Virus record (IMG/VR): IMGVR_UViG_3300045971_000356
Span: 1 to 64,000 of that record
Length of the DNA: 64,000 bases
Source of the DNA: a virus
Direction: 5' to 3' (one strand)
Part shown: positions 46,320-55,937 of the stretch, piece by piece
How the letters are laid out: every line of letters begins with the position of its first letter
Numbering within the stretch: the stretch's first letter is position 1
Program-made: the position numbers and the translations under genes
The notes under the pieces: model-generated
What the model was told of the DNA's origin: nothing
Databases searched by the model: none
What the model saw: the letters and a program-made list of their open reading frames with translations, nothing else

Positions 46320-47037
46320 TCAAGTCAACGAAGGTTTTTGGGATGCTCTAAAAGCAGCAGGCAGCGGTGTTGCGGCCGCAGCAACTGGTAAAAATCCTGC
46401 TCAAGCTGCGTCACAGACATATCAACAATCCGTGGGCGAAAAGAACTTGGCAGGTATGACAAAATCTGTAATGGCTCGATGGAATCAGCAGATTGCTCCG
46501 GCTATTCCACCTGCTAAGAAAACTGACCCAGCTACAATAAAACAATACTTAGACAAGTTCTTAAGCTCGTATTTTGCTGGTGATTATTCAAGCAACAATG
46601 CGTTAGATTCCGCAGATGCCCAAGCAGTTGGTAATTATATTCGCAAGGCAGTAAACGCTGAAGCTGCTGGTATGTCGGTTGCTTCTACAAGTCAGCAACC
46701 ACAGCAACCACCAGACACGACTGCGGCACAACCACCACAATCAACAGTGCAAGGAGTTCGCCCTGGGTATCGTATTAAAGTTACTAATCCGTCAAATGGT
46801 GGAATTTACTATAAAACTACGGCTGGGTGGTTTAACGATGTTGGTCAACAACTTAAAAAACAACAATCAATTGATTTTTTAGATCAATTAGCAAATAATA
46901 TCGGGAAAGAAGAGCCAGATCCAGGCCAGCAGCATCCTCCACCACCGCCACAAGGTCAACAGCAACAACCGCCACAGCAGCAAGCTCAACCAAGCAATAA
47001 GCGTCGTCGCAAATCAAGAAATAGGGCCGCACCGTGA
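46294..47037 (+). CDS. putative internal head protein
   Basis: MKINEI...NEG N-terminus, Q/P-rich. Confidence 0.5.
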   Translation: MKINEIVSNQVNEGFWDALKAAGSGVAAAATGKNPAQAASQTYQQSVGEKNLAGMTKSVMARWNQQIAPAIPPAKKTDPATIKQYLDKFLSSYFAGDYSSNNALDSADAQAVGNYIRKAVNAEAAGMSVASTSQQPQQPPDTTAAQPPQSTVQGVRPGYRIKVTNPSNGGIYYKTTAGWFNDVGQQLKKQQSIDFLDQLANNIGKEEPDPGQQHPPPPPQGQQQQPPQQQAQPSNKRRRKSRNRAAP

Positions 47038-47792
47038 GCATATTAATGGAAGGTGGTAACGTATTCCCTGACGTTACAGCAATTAAGAAAGAGTATGTGC
47101 CTGGCATCATTAAAAAGATACAGGCAATAATGCCTGGCGGCATACAAATAATTCCGCACATTGGCAGTGCTGGCTTCAAGGTTGAATCGGGTGACATGGA
47201 TGTGTTTGTTGATGCTGCTGAAATAGCGCAGCACTTTAACGCGGCTGATGATAAGATTGCTAAAGTAGCATTGAAAAAGTATTTTGAAGCTAAGGGCTAC
47301 CAAGCAGCACTAACAGGACGCAATGTTCACATTCGTATGCCAGTGCCAGGCGGAACATTTGTTCAAGTTGATGTGATGGTAATTCCAGACGCAGCGCGAG
47401 TAGCACCATTTCACCAACACGGACCATCTGGTCAATACAACGACCCAACGTTTAAAGGCGGCCAGTTGTTCATCATGTATTCATCACTCGCTAAGGCAGC
47501 AGGGATGAAGTTTAGCCCGTTTGAGGGTAAGCTGGTTGACCGCACTACTGGTGAGTTAGTAGCAGACAACAAAGACGATGTGGCGAAGATTTTATTGAAC
47601 CCAAATGCTACAGCAGCAAATTTGGCATCAGTGAAAGCTATCATGGCAGCATTGGCGAACGATCCACGCAAGGAAGAGAAAATTGCGCAAGCGAGAGAAG
47701 ATGCGAAAAAGGGTCTTATTGTATTGCCTGAGTCAGTGCAGCCAGGCACAGCACAATGGTTTAGAGATATACAAAATATTTTAGTGTCATGA
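47034..47792 (+). CDS. nucleotidyltransferase-fold protein
   Basis: IGSAG...SGDMDVFVD...VQVDVM. Confidence 0.65.
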   Translation: MSILMEGGNVFPDVTAIKKEYVPGIIKKIQAIMPGGIQIIPHIGSAGFKVESGDMDVFVDAAEIAQHFNAADDKIAKVALKKYFEAKGYQAALTGRNVHIRMPVPGGTFVQVDVMVIPDAARVAPFHQHGPSGQYNDPTFKGGQLFIMYSSLAKAAGMKFSPFEGKLVDRTTGELVADNKDDVAKILLNPNATAANLASVKAIMAALANDPRKEEKIAQAREDAKKGLIVLPESVQPGTAQWFRDIQNILVS

Positions 47793-48247
47793 AATTTTAC
47801 GAATTTGAATTAGGAAAACCTCCAGTCTATGATTTGGTTGAGGAATTTAACCAAAATTTGTCCGAAGTTGAATTGGGCAAGGGAGATAAACAGCTAATTG
47901 ATGACTGCGCTGATTTTGCACATCAATACTGCACTGACCCAGCAACTTTAACTAAGGGAAAAAATTATTTTGCTATTACGGTTATATCACAGCCAAGAAT
48001 TAGTTTAATTCAACTTGAATATTCAAATACCCCAGTATGTTTTATTGGAGTTAATAATAACAAGTTTGAATTCAAGAGTAAGGAAAAAACGTATTTACTG
48101 CCTATTTTATTATCAAATGATGATAAATCTTTAATATTTTCAACTACTGTATTTGCACAAGCTGATGAAGCAAACCAATTTTTAACTATGTTTATGCTAA
48201 AATTTTCTAGTAGAGCACATATTAACAAAAAAGAGTTAGTGTCATGA
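47789..48247 (+). CDS. hypothetical protein
   Basis: MKFYEF N-terminus. Confidence 0.55.
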   Translation: MKFYEFELGKPPVYDLVEEFNQNLSEVELGKGDKQLIDDCADFAHQYCTDPATLTKGKNYFAITVISQPRISLIQLEYSNTPVCFIGVNNNKFEFKSKEKTYLLPILLSNDDKSLIFSTTVFAQADEANQFLTMFMLKFSSRAHINKKELVS

Positions 48248-49407
48248 AAATTAGCGAGATTATAACAGAATCCAGAAAGCCTGCCTTCAAGTTGAATGAA
48301 GTTGGGATGAACCACGCGGAAGATATTATATTTTTTGAGGGGTCGGCTGGTGCTCTCCGTGTATTACAGAGCTTTAAGGCGCTGCCTAAGAAGAAAGACG
48401 AAGTGTTGACCATTAAATGGGACGGGCAAGTGGCGCTATACGCTGGTAGAACAGCGGATGGAACATTTGTGCTAACTGATATGGCAGGCTGGGGAGCAAA
48501 GGGCTATAATGGCATGTATACCTCTGCTAAAGAGTTTATTGCGCAAAAGCAAACTAAGGGTGGTAATCCAGACTTCTTGTCTAAGATCTCTGCAATATGG
48601 CCTATCGTTGAATCAGCAATACCTCCATCGTTCCGTGGTTTTATCAAGGGCGACGTAATGTGGTGGCCAGGCACACTAAAAGACACTGGCAAACGCTGGG
48701 TGTTTGGCGAAGGAACAACTACATATGAAGTTGACAAAACATCTGAGTTGGGTAGGCGAGTTGGCCAAGGTAAGGCAGGGCTAGCGATACACGGATTTTA
48801 CGATGCGTCAGTGGCAGGCTCCCCAGAGGAGCGCACTGCGACAGAACCAGCACCGTTACGCAATACAGCAGGGTTAAATCCTAACGGGGCATTGTGCGTT
48901 CTTGGCCCTGAGATTAAAGTTGAAGGCAATGTAGCATTAGACGGCAATAAGATGAAGGAAGTGACGCAATATGTGCGCAAAAACGCTAAAGTCATTGACA
49001 CTTTCCTTGATGTAAACACGCTAAAAGAACGCAAGCTAACCAGCTTGCCTAATATGCTGTATACATTCGTTAACCAACAGACACGCATACGAGACTTAGA
49101 TATGCTTGCTCATAAATTTCCAGCTTGGGTTCAGTCTAACCCTAAGTTGAGCAAAGCAATGGCACAAAATGTGATTGCTTACATACAAGAGACTGGAGCG
49201 GCATTGCAAACCGTGTTTAATGTGTTTGACGCAGTTACCACACTGAAGCTGGACATTATCAATCAACTTGACAATTCAAGCACAACGCTATACGCACACA
49301 TCAAGGGTGTTAAGGGCGGAGAAGGATATGTCGCTTCAAGTCCAGACGGTCACGTAAAATTAGTCAATCGTTCACATTTTTCAGCAGCTAACTTCGGCAA
49401 CCACTAA
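48244..49407 (+). CDS. conserved phage protein with ligase-like KWDG motif
   Basis: HAED...TIKWDG...GEGYV...KLVNR..FS. Confidence 0.6.
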   Translation: MKISEIITESRKPAFKLNEVGMNHAEDIIFFEGSAGALRVLQSFKALPKKKDEVLTIKWDGQVALYAGRTADGTFVLTDMAGWGAKGYNGMYTSAKEFIAQKQTKGGNPDFLSKISAIWPIVESAIPPSFRGFIKGDVMWWPGTLKDTGKRWVFGEGTTTYEVDKTSELGRRVGQGKAGLAIHGFYDASVAGSPEERTATEPAPLRNTAGLNPNGALCVLGPEIKVEGNVALDGNKMKEVTQYVRKNAKVIDTFLDVNTLKERKLTSLPNMLYTFVNQQTRIRDLDMLAHKFPAWVQSNPKLSKAMAQNVIAYIQETGAALQTVFNVFDAVTTLKLDIINQLDNSSTTLYAHIKGVKGGEGYVASSPDGHVKLVNRSHFSAANFGNH

Positions 49408-49982
49408 TGAAATCTCTGCCGTTCCTAGAAGAACTCGCAGAAGCGAGATTATACTTTGACGCTGATGATGTCAAGGGTAAGTCTGCTGACGACATAGCGC
49501 ACATAATATTCCTTATGTTTATGATGATTGAGGTTATTCGTCGCTCATACCCATCGTGGGCAATGAGTTACGCTGACCAGACTATGCGTTATAACACATA
49601 CGAGAACATTCACTACTCAGGCACAGACTTGGGAAACTTGTTGGCTGTGTTAAACAATCAAGATACATTTAAAGACAAGATTAAAACAAACACAAGCATT
49701 AACATTCCGTTGTTTCAGATCAATCGCTATCTATCCGCAGTGCGCTCTAATGCTAACAGCCACAGCGATGATGCTACATTTTTCTGGAGATTAGACGATT
49801 ACTTGAAGGCATACAACTCGCCCGCATTACGACAACTGCGTCGTGATGTGGTTGATTGGGAGAACGCAGAGCATGCTGATAAAGAGCGCATTGTGGCAAT
49901 GCTGCGTCGTGAAATGGACAAGCGTTCATCATCCAATGACATTTACCTGTGGTTTAGACAAAACTACAGGCTAAAGAAATAA
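49407..49982 (+). CDS. hypothetical protein
   Basis: Coupled ORF. Confidence 0.6.
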   Translation: MKSLPFLEELAEARLYFDADDVKGKSADDIAHIIFLMFMMIEVIRRSYPSWAMSYADQTMRYNTYENIHYSGTDLGNLLAVLNNQDTFKDKIKTNTSINIPLFQINRYLSAVRSNANSHSDDATFFWRLDDYLKAYNSPALRQLRRDVVDWENAEHADKERIVAMLRREMDKRSSSNDIYLWFRQNYRLKK

Positions 49983-50855
49983 TTACTCGTCAGCTTTCTT
50001 AGCGATATATCGCTTCCAAACAAAAACAAATATTGGTAGTAATATGGTTGACCACAGCCATTGCCCGTATTGCTTTAACCACCCAAAAAGAACCTGTTGT
50101 TTAGTAATATCAATAAACACAGACTGGTCGAATGTAGTTATATGACGGTTAGCAGACATATCATCTACGACTACTAATGCGTCAACAGTGATTTTAACCT
50201 CTTGCTTACCGGGTTTAGTTGGAGTCAAATCCCATTCCCATATAGTAGGCGCAGATTCTGCCAATGCTTGCTCTTCTGTGCTAAGTGCGACCACAGTGAA
50301 CGACGGAGCAATGAGTTTCACAGTGATGATTTTAGATACCTGTATTTTGCTTGAAACAACAATGCCTTTTTGCTCAATATTTACTTCCCCAACTTTCTTC
50401 TTTGGGTCAAGTATTACTTGAATGCGGAACTTTTCTGCGACATTGACAGACTCAGGAACATTAAACGCAATAGTAGACTCGTGTAACTGATCAAGTATGT
50501 TGTCCGTTGTCGTGTGCTTTGCGGTAGCAGTCCGTTCTGCTTTTGAAACAAGAACTGCCATTCGTCTAACACTGCGAACAGCTTTTTCCATTTCAGCGTC
50601 TTTCTCTGTTTTACTAACTTTATCTGTTGCGGCAGATTCAGTCGCAGAGGCTTTTTTAGCCTTTGATGCAAAATTAAAGTTAAATGAAGTATCACCCGCA
50701 ATGAATGCTGCTCTTGGGCTTGTGACCGGAATCGGCGGCGAAGGCATAGGTATTGATGCTGACACGGGCATAAGCACTACTACAGGCATTGGTTGTAGAG
50801 TTCCGCAAGACACTAATAAAATACATAGTAAGGGAGTAACAATATGTTTTTTCAT
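49983..50855 (-). CDS. lipoprotein with C-terminal TM anchor
   Basis: LVSC lipobox and C-terminal WLWSTILLPIFVFVW. Confidence 0.6.
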   Translation of the reverse strand: MKKHIVTPLLCILLVSCGTLQPMPVVVLMPVSASIPMPSPPIPVTSPRAAFIAGDTSFNFNFASKAKKASATESAATDKVSKTEKDAEMEKAVRSVRRMAVLVSKAERTATAKHTTTDNILDQLHESTIAFNVPESVNVAEKFRIQVILDPKKKVGEVNIEQKGIVVSSKIQVSKIITVKLIAPSFTVVALSTEEQALAESAPTIWEWDLTPTKPGKQEVKITVDALVVVDDMSANRHITTFDQSVFIDITKQQVLFGWLKQYGQWLWSTILLPIFVFVWKRYIAKKADE

Positions 50856-50893
50856 ATCGTATTTATAGATAAATAAGTTAAAGAGGTATCTGT

Positions 50894-51301
50894 ATGGACC
50901 TAATATTATCGTTTATTTTGCGTAACAAAGGGCTAGTCGTAGGTCTACTTCTTATGGCAGCATTGGGTGGATGTTACATTTACATAGACATGCTTAAAAA
51001 TGATGCAAAGGTTATCATTGCAGAAAAAAATGTAGTTATAGCGGAGTTGCAAGCGTCACAAGCTGCGTTAAAAGGGCTGCAATCTGCAATCAATGAGCAA
51101 AACTCAGCAGTAACTAAGTTAAAGGATGATGCCGAAGCAAGGGCAGCGGCAGGCCAGGCAGAAATAACGCAAGCAAAAGTAACCTCAGAGCTATACAGGC
51201 GCAAAGCGTCAGACTTGATGAAGGTTAAACCAGATCCAAAACTGTCTCGCTGCGATGCTGCTAACGCTCTTATAAACTCGGAGATCGGCAATGCAAACTA
51301 A
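50894..51301 (+). CDS. i-spanin (Rz-like)
   Basis: N-terminal TM, coiled coil, C-terminal Cys, overlapping a lipoprotein gene. Confidence 0.7.
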   Translation: MDLILSFILRNKGLVVGLLLMAALGGCYIYIDMLKNDAKVIIAEKNVVIAELQASQAALKGLQSAINEQNSAVTKLKDDAEARAAAGQAEITQAKVTSELYRRKASDLMKVKPDPKLSRCDAANALINSEIGNAN

Positions 51302-51587
51302 ACTTTTATTATCTCTATTGGCAGCATTTGCGTTAGCTGGTTGCGCGACGACTAAAGAGCCTGTGATTACTACAGTAATACAAAAAGTAGAAGTGCCTAT
51401 TTCGGTGCCATGCAAAGTGGAAATGCCACCACCACGCGATTACAACTTTAACAAGATTACAGCAGAGATGGATATTTTTGAGAAAGTGCAGGCGCTACTT
51501 GCTGACAGGCGCTTACACTTAGGCTACGAAGCTGAACTAAAAGCAACATTAGGGACCTGCACCGCAGATACAATTAAGGCAAAATAA
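51291..51587 (+). CDS. o-spanin (Rz1-like) lipoprotein
   Basis: LAGC lipobox, Pro-rich VPCKVEMPPP. Confidence 0.7.
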   Translation: MQTKLLLSLLAAFALAGCATTKEPVITTVIQKVEVPISVPCKVEMPPPRDYNFNKITAEMDIFEKVQALLADRRLHLGYEAELKATLGTCTADTIKAK

Positions 51588-51630
51588 TTGTAGCAAACCG
51601 TTACTAATTGGCATTTTTGCTAATTAGTTC

Positions 51631-51638
51631 TATAAATA
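51631..51638 (+). promoter_or_regulatory. T4-type late promoter
   Basis: Exact TATAAATA 30 nt before the cytochrome ATG. Confidence 0.75.
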
Positions 51639-51668
51639 AAAGTACATACTTTTAATATAGGAGGAAAT

Positions 51669-52310
51669 ATGTTTTTGAAGAAGTTATTTGCGGCCTTATT
51701 CGCTGTAAGTGTAGTTAGTGCTGGCGCCGGCACCATTGTAGGATCAGCACATGATTTTAGTGGTCAAGCATGGTCTCCGAATGCGCAAACTTGCGTGGCT
51801 TGTCACGCACCTCACGCAACAGCAGTTCTGGCAGATGCTCCACTTTGGAACCACGCATCATCAGTAGCAACATACACTGTTTACGCATCATCATCAATGA
51901 ATGCAACGGTGGGGCAACCTGGCTCAACCTCCAAACTTTGCTTGTCATGCCATGATGGTACGGTGGCAGTTAATTCTTTTGGCGGAGTGACTGGTACTAC
52001 AATGCTGACTGGCGGTTCAAATCTCAGCACGGTATTAACTAATGACCATCCGATCGGTTTTACTTATGATGCTGCGTTAGTAACAGCAGACGGTGCGTTG
52101 GCTCCAATTACAAATACAGTTACCTTAGGTTCAGGTACTAAAGTTAAATCTGGACCCACTGTAACTATAGCATCTGCTATGTTATATGCGGGTAAAGTTG
52201 AATGCGCATCATGCCATGATGTACATAATACATTTACCGCTGCAACTGGTAAATTGGTAAAAGTGTCAATGGCATCAAGTGCATTGTGTACCACTTGCCA
52301 CACTAAATAA
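51669..52310 (+). CDS. OmcE-like secreted tetraheme cytochrome c
   Basis: Signal peptide; HDFS, CVACHAPH, PLWNH, CLSCHDG, LTNDHPIGF, ECASCHDVH and LCTTCHTK. Confidence 0.85.
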   Translation: MFLKKLFAALFAVSVVSAGAGTIVGSAHDFSGQAWSPNAQTCVACHAPHATAVLADAPLWNHASSVATYTVYASSSMNATVGQPGSTSKLCLSCHDGTVAVNSFGGVTGTTMLTGGSNLSTVLTNDHPIGFTYDAALVTADGALAPITNTVTLGSGTKVKSGPTVTIASAMLYAGKVECASCHDVHNTFTAATGKLVKVSMASSALCTTCHTK

Positions 52311-52325
52311 ACATCAAAACCGCAG

Positions 52326-52354
52326 AAAACTGGCACTTTCGAGTGCCAGTTTTC
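52326..52354 (+). terminator. intrinsic terminator
   Basis: AAAACTGGCAC-TTTCGA-GTGCCAGTTTT. Confidence 0.85.
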
Positions 52355-52416
52355 ATTTGTAATGCTATAAAAGTAGCGATGATATATGATAAATAACTTT
52401 TTAAGGAAATTAACGG

Positions 52417-52710
52417 ATGAATAGAATTTTAGCGGCTTTGCTTATTGCTCTTGTAGTAATACCAGTGATGGCGAAAACAAACAAAAACGATAGTGCATAC
52501 ACTGAAAAGTATTCGTTTGAAGAAAAGATAAAAGATCAATACAATAACGGCAAAAATGATATAAATTTTGACAAAAATGAGTATGCAGATTATAGCAGCA
52601 GCAATGATCATTATACTCCGACAAGTCCAGTGCCAGAACCGACATCTTGGATGATGATGCTTGCCGGCGGAATAATAATTAACCGCCTTCGCAAAAAGAT
52701 GCATAAATAA
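52417..52710 (+). CDS. small PEP-CTERM surface protein
   Basis: Signal peptide; C-terminal VPEPTSW, hydrophobic stretch, RLRKK. Confidence 0.85.
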   Translation: MNRILAALLIALVVIPVMAKTNKNDSAYTEKYSFEEKIKDQYNNGKNDINFDKNEYADYSSSNDHYTPTSPVPEPTSWMMMLAGGIIINRLRKKMHK

Positions 52711-52715
52711 TATAT

Positions 52716-53035
52716 TGTTGTATATCCCTTCAAAGCGAAGGAATTCTGGACGGGGATGCGAATTCCCCCTCCTCCACCAAAAGTGCTCTAAATTGAGTAG
52801 TAATACTTGATCAGGTTTGGCATCCCGGGTAAACTCTCCAGCAATGGACTCGTCCGTATACGCCGTGAGTACTTTTGATGGGGGAGACTAGTTTCGACAG
52901 GGTTAGATAGTAGAGACGGCAACTCAGTAGGCGATGACTGTATAAATCAAGCAAATCAAACTAAAGGCAAACGATAGTTTATATTCCTTAGCCGCTTAAG
53001 GCATGGGTGGGGAGGCTGTACCCTGTAACACTTTA
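52716..53035 (+). ncRNA. ssrA: circularly permuted (two-piece) tmRNA
   Basis: Acceptor piece ends CTCCTCC-ACCA (52779) before the coding piece starting GGGGGAG (52880), with G3-U70. Tag ANDSLYSLAA* at 52967-52999. Confidence 0.9.
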
Positions 53036-53069
53036 GCAGAGACCCGCTTCACGGCGGGTTTCTTTTGCT
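53036..53069 (+). terminator. intrinsic terminator after tmRNA
   Basis: GAGACCCGC-TTCACG-GCGGGTTTC-TTTT. Confidence 0.8.
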
Positions 53070-53269
53070 GTAATATAACGGTAACACCCTCTGATATAAA
53101 TACTTTATGTAAATCGAGTACAACTATTGAGTACAGCAGGAACTCGTAACCTGTATTGAGGCAACTTAGGTTGCCTTTCTTTTGGCTAAAATATTTCACT
53201 CAAACTCGTGTAAATTTATATGAATGTAATATATGACCAGATAAGTAGTTATAACACTATCACTTTACC

Positions 53270-54382
53270 ATGCCACCAATACAAGCCCCGAGAATTCTAT
53301 TCATCCTAAAACGCCGCGAAGATTACAACCATGCAAAACACAGCAGTCACCTGGGGTTAAGCACTGGGTTGTTCAACTCAGCAAACTTTGTCAATGGTAT
53401 GCTGACTGAAATAGGATATACATCTAAGATGGTGGTAGTGCACGATAACAACGACATTGATCGTGAATGCACTGCATTTAGACCAACGCATGTCATCATT
53501 GAAGCGTTATGGGTTGTGCCAACTAAATTCTCAGTATTAGAAAAACTACATCCATCAGTGACATGGATTATTCGTCTACACTCAGAGATGCCGTTTATGG
53601 CGGGCGAAGGTATGGCTATGGATTGGCTTGGTGATTATTCAAGTTTTAAAAACACGATAATCGCAATTAACGCACCGCGGATGCTGTCTGAAATAAAATT
53701 GTATTTGAAAGTTAAAAACAAATGGGACGATGCTACTGCTAACCGAAGAGTGATTTATTTCCCAAATTATTACCCTAAGGACTTTGCTAAGTCAAGAACA
53801 ATTAACACTGATTCAGACACAATCAACATAGGTTGTTTTGGTGCGATACGGCTATTGAAAAATCATTTATTACAAGCATTTGGTGCGTTAAAATTTGCTG
53901 ACTCAATTGGTAAAAAACTTTGTTTTCATGTAAACGCTGGGCGCATTGAGATGAAGGGCGAGCCCGTTATTAACAACTTGCGTGGACTATTTGAACAACT
54001 TGATGGGACTGGGCACACATTGGTAAATCACGAGTGGGTCCCACATGATGGATTCATCGATTTATGCAAGAAAATGGACATTGGCATGCAGGCAACATTC
54101 TCCGAAACATTTAACATTGTTGGAGCAGATTTTATAGCAAATGGCATTCCTTTAGTCGGAACGAGTGAAATTCCATGGATTAGCAAAATATCAGCAGCTG
54201 ACCCAATGAGTTCAGATGATTTAGCAGCAAAGTTAGCAGTGGCATATCAATATACAGATACGGTGGTTAAAATGAATCAACAGTCGCTGGCTAAGTATTC
54301 CGACACAACTCATTGGATTTGGGATAAATACTTCACAAATTGGAGTATATATCATGAAAGACACCGGGCACAATCAACATAA
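53270..54382 (+). CDS. GT-B glycosyltransferase-like protein
   Basis: IGCFGAIRLLKN...FSETFNIVGAD. Confidence 0.7.
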   Translation: MPPIQAPRILFILKRREDYNHAKHSSHLGLSTGLFNSANFVNGMLTEIGYTSKMVVVHDNNDIDRECTAFRPTHVIIEALWVVPTKFSVLEKLHPSVTWIIRLHSEMPFMAGEGMAMDWLGDYSSFKNTIIAINAPRMLSEIKLYLKVKNKWDDATANRRVIYFPNYYPKDFAKSRTINTDSDTINIGCFGAIRLLKNHLLQAFGALKFADSIGKKLCFHVNAGRIEMKGEPVINNLRGLFEQLDGTGHTLVNHEWVPHDGFIDLCKKMDIGMQATFSETFNIVGADFIANGIPLVGTSEIPWISKISAADPMSSDDLAAKLAVAYQYTDTVVKMNQQSLAKYSDTTHWIWDKYFTNWSIYHERHRAQST

Positions 54383-54608
54383 AATTAAGTTATTCCGTTG
54401 GATAGACGGGGTATTAGAGACTGTTGAAAAATTCTTTGATAAGCTTGAGGATGCTATAACCAGCACTAAAGATTCTGAAGCTCAATCTTACAAGATATAT
54501 GATCGCAACGGAGAGTTATGCCACAGTGGCACTATCCATCACAAAGAAAAAGAACACAATCATGGCCACCATGGCCATGATCACGACGGCGATAACCAAT
54601 ACGCATAA
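54354..54608 (+). CDS. small protein with His-rich tail
   Basis: HNHGHHGHDHD. Confidence 0.55.
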   Translation: MKDTGHNQHKIKLFRWIDGVLETVEKFFDKLEDAITSTKDSEAQSYKIYDRNGELCHSGTIHHKEKEHNHGHHGHDHDGDNQYA

Positions 54609-54616
54609 TTGAAACC

Positions 54617-55069
54617 ATGCGTGTATCTGAGATAACAGAATCCTTTGATAGTAATGTTCCCTACTCTGTAGTTAGAGCAGGGAATAATTTGTTCACGACT
54701 CGCGCAGACATAAACGGTAGAATGGTTACATTTAACGCAGTTGGTGAGCTGGACTATAATGGCGGAAGAGATGTAATTTGGGAAATTGATTTCTCAGAGA
54801 AAACTAGTCAAACTGGGATTACTTTTGCTAAAACTGGGCATGGTGGAGAGATGCAAGTATTTTCGTTTGTAATTGCTTCGATAAAAGAACTGATTTCCAG
54901 GTATGCTCCAAATGTGATTGAGTTTGCCTCACACAAAGCAGACGGTAATAGAACAAAATTGTATCAACGCATGTTATCACGCATTGCGCTACCAGGATAT
55001 CATGTTGCTCCAACTAGTAACTCAGACGCATCTGCTGACGATTTTTTTAGAATAGAAAAGGTTAGATAA
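54617..55069 (+). CDS. hypothetical protein with MRxxEI leader
   Basis: MRVSEITES; R.KLY.RM motif. Confidence 0.6.
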   Translation: MRVSEITESFDSNVPYSVVRAGNNLFTTRADINGRMVTFNAVGELDYNGGRDVIWEIDFSEKTSQTGITFAKTGHGGEMQVFSFVIASIKELISRYAPNVIEFASHKADGNRTKLYQRMLSRIALPGYHVAPTSNSDASADDFFRIEKVR

Positions 55070-55260
55070 TGTTAGTTAAATTAGCAAACAACATAGGTAA
55101 ATGGCATGGCCAGTTTTTTGGTTACTTGAGCCGCAAAGCGACTACGAGTAAGTGGTTTGCTCTTGGGCTAACACTGTGGGCATGCTACGAGATATTTGAG
55201 CACATTGCTCTACCAGCCATCGCTATTATGTGGGGCACAGGACATTTGGGAACGAAATGA
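55069..55260 (+). CDS. small membrane protein
   Basis: Hydrophobic helices. Confidence 0.5.
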   Translation: MLVKLANNIGKWHGQFFGYLSRKATTSKWFALGLTLWACYEIFEHIALPAIAIMWGTGHLGTK

Positions 55261-55937
55261 GAGCATCTGAAATCATTGATGAATACGACATGCAGTCTCC
55301 AGCAACAAAGCAAATTACTTCCAAGTTAAAGAGCCTTGGTTACAAGATGCTTGGCAGTGGACAAGATGCTACAGTGTGGACTAAGGATGAAGCATCAGTT
55401 ATTAAGATTTTAATGCCTTCTGAAGAATTTGACGATCCAGAATTGTCTGAGAAAACATTTTTAACATTCTACGACTTTTGCCAATCATACCCATCCCCGC
55501 ACTTGCCAAAGTTCATTGATGTTGGTGGTCAGCATCACACTGTGTTTGAACTTAACGGAATGCCTTATAGGCAAATCGCAATGGAAAGGTTAGCACCCAT
55601 CAAGAACAACACATTTGAAGAAGCGATGGTGTGGATGATGAGTGATATGGCAGACGAGGATTACTACGAAAATTGGGATAACTTTACAACAAAATTGTTA
55701 AACGAAGATTGGGCAGGCGTTAATCCTCCACTTGGCGAGCAAATGCCTGAGTTAATACTTACTAAGATGCGAGACAAAGGATTTAGGGATTACTACGGCG
55801 GGTTGTTCATGGTAATGCGCAACTTGTATGAGATAGGACGGCAAAATAGATTAGGCTGGGATATGCACACTGAGAATGTAATGCAGCGCAGAGACGGCAC
55901 ATTAGTCGTTGTAGATCCATGGTGGGGGTCAGTATAA
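55257..55937 (+). CDS. protein-kinase-fold enzyme
   Basis: LGSGQDATV, VIKI, MERL, DMHTENVM, VVDP. Confidence 0.8.
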   Translation: MRASEIIDEYDMQSPATKQITSKLKSLGYKMLGSGQDATVWTKDEASVIKILMPSEEFDDPELSEKTFLTFYDFCQSYPSPHLPKFIDVGGQHHTVFELNGMPYRQIAMERLAPIKNNTFEEAMVWMMSDMADEDYYENWDNFTTKLLNEDWAGVNPPLGEQMPELILTKMRDKGFRDYYGGLFMVMRNLYEIGRQNRLGWDMHTENVMQRRDGTLVVVDPWWGSV

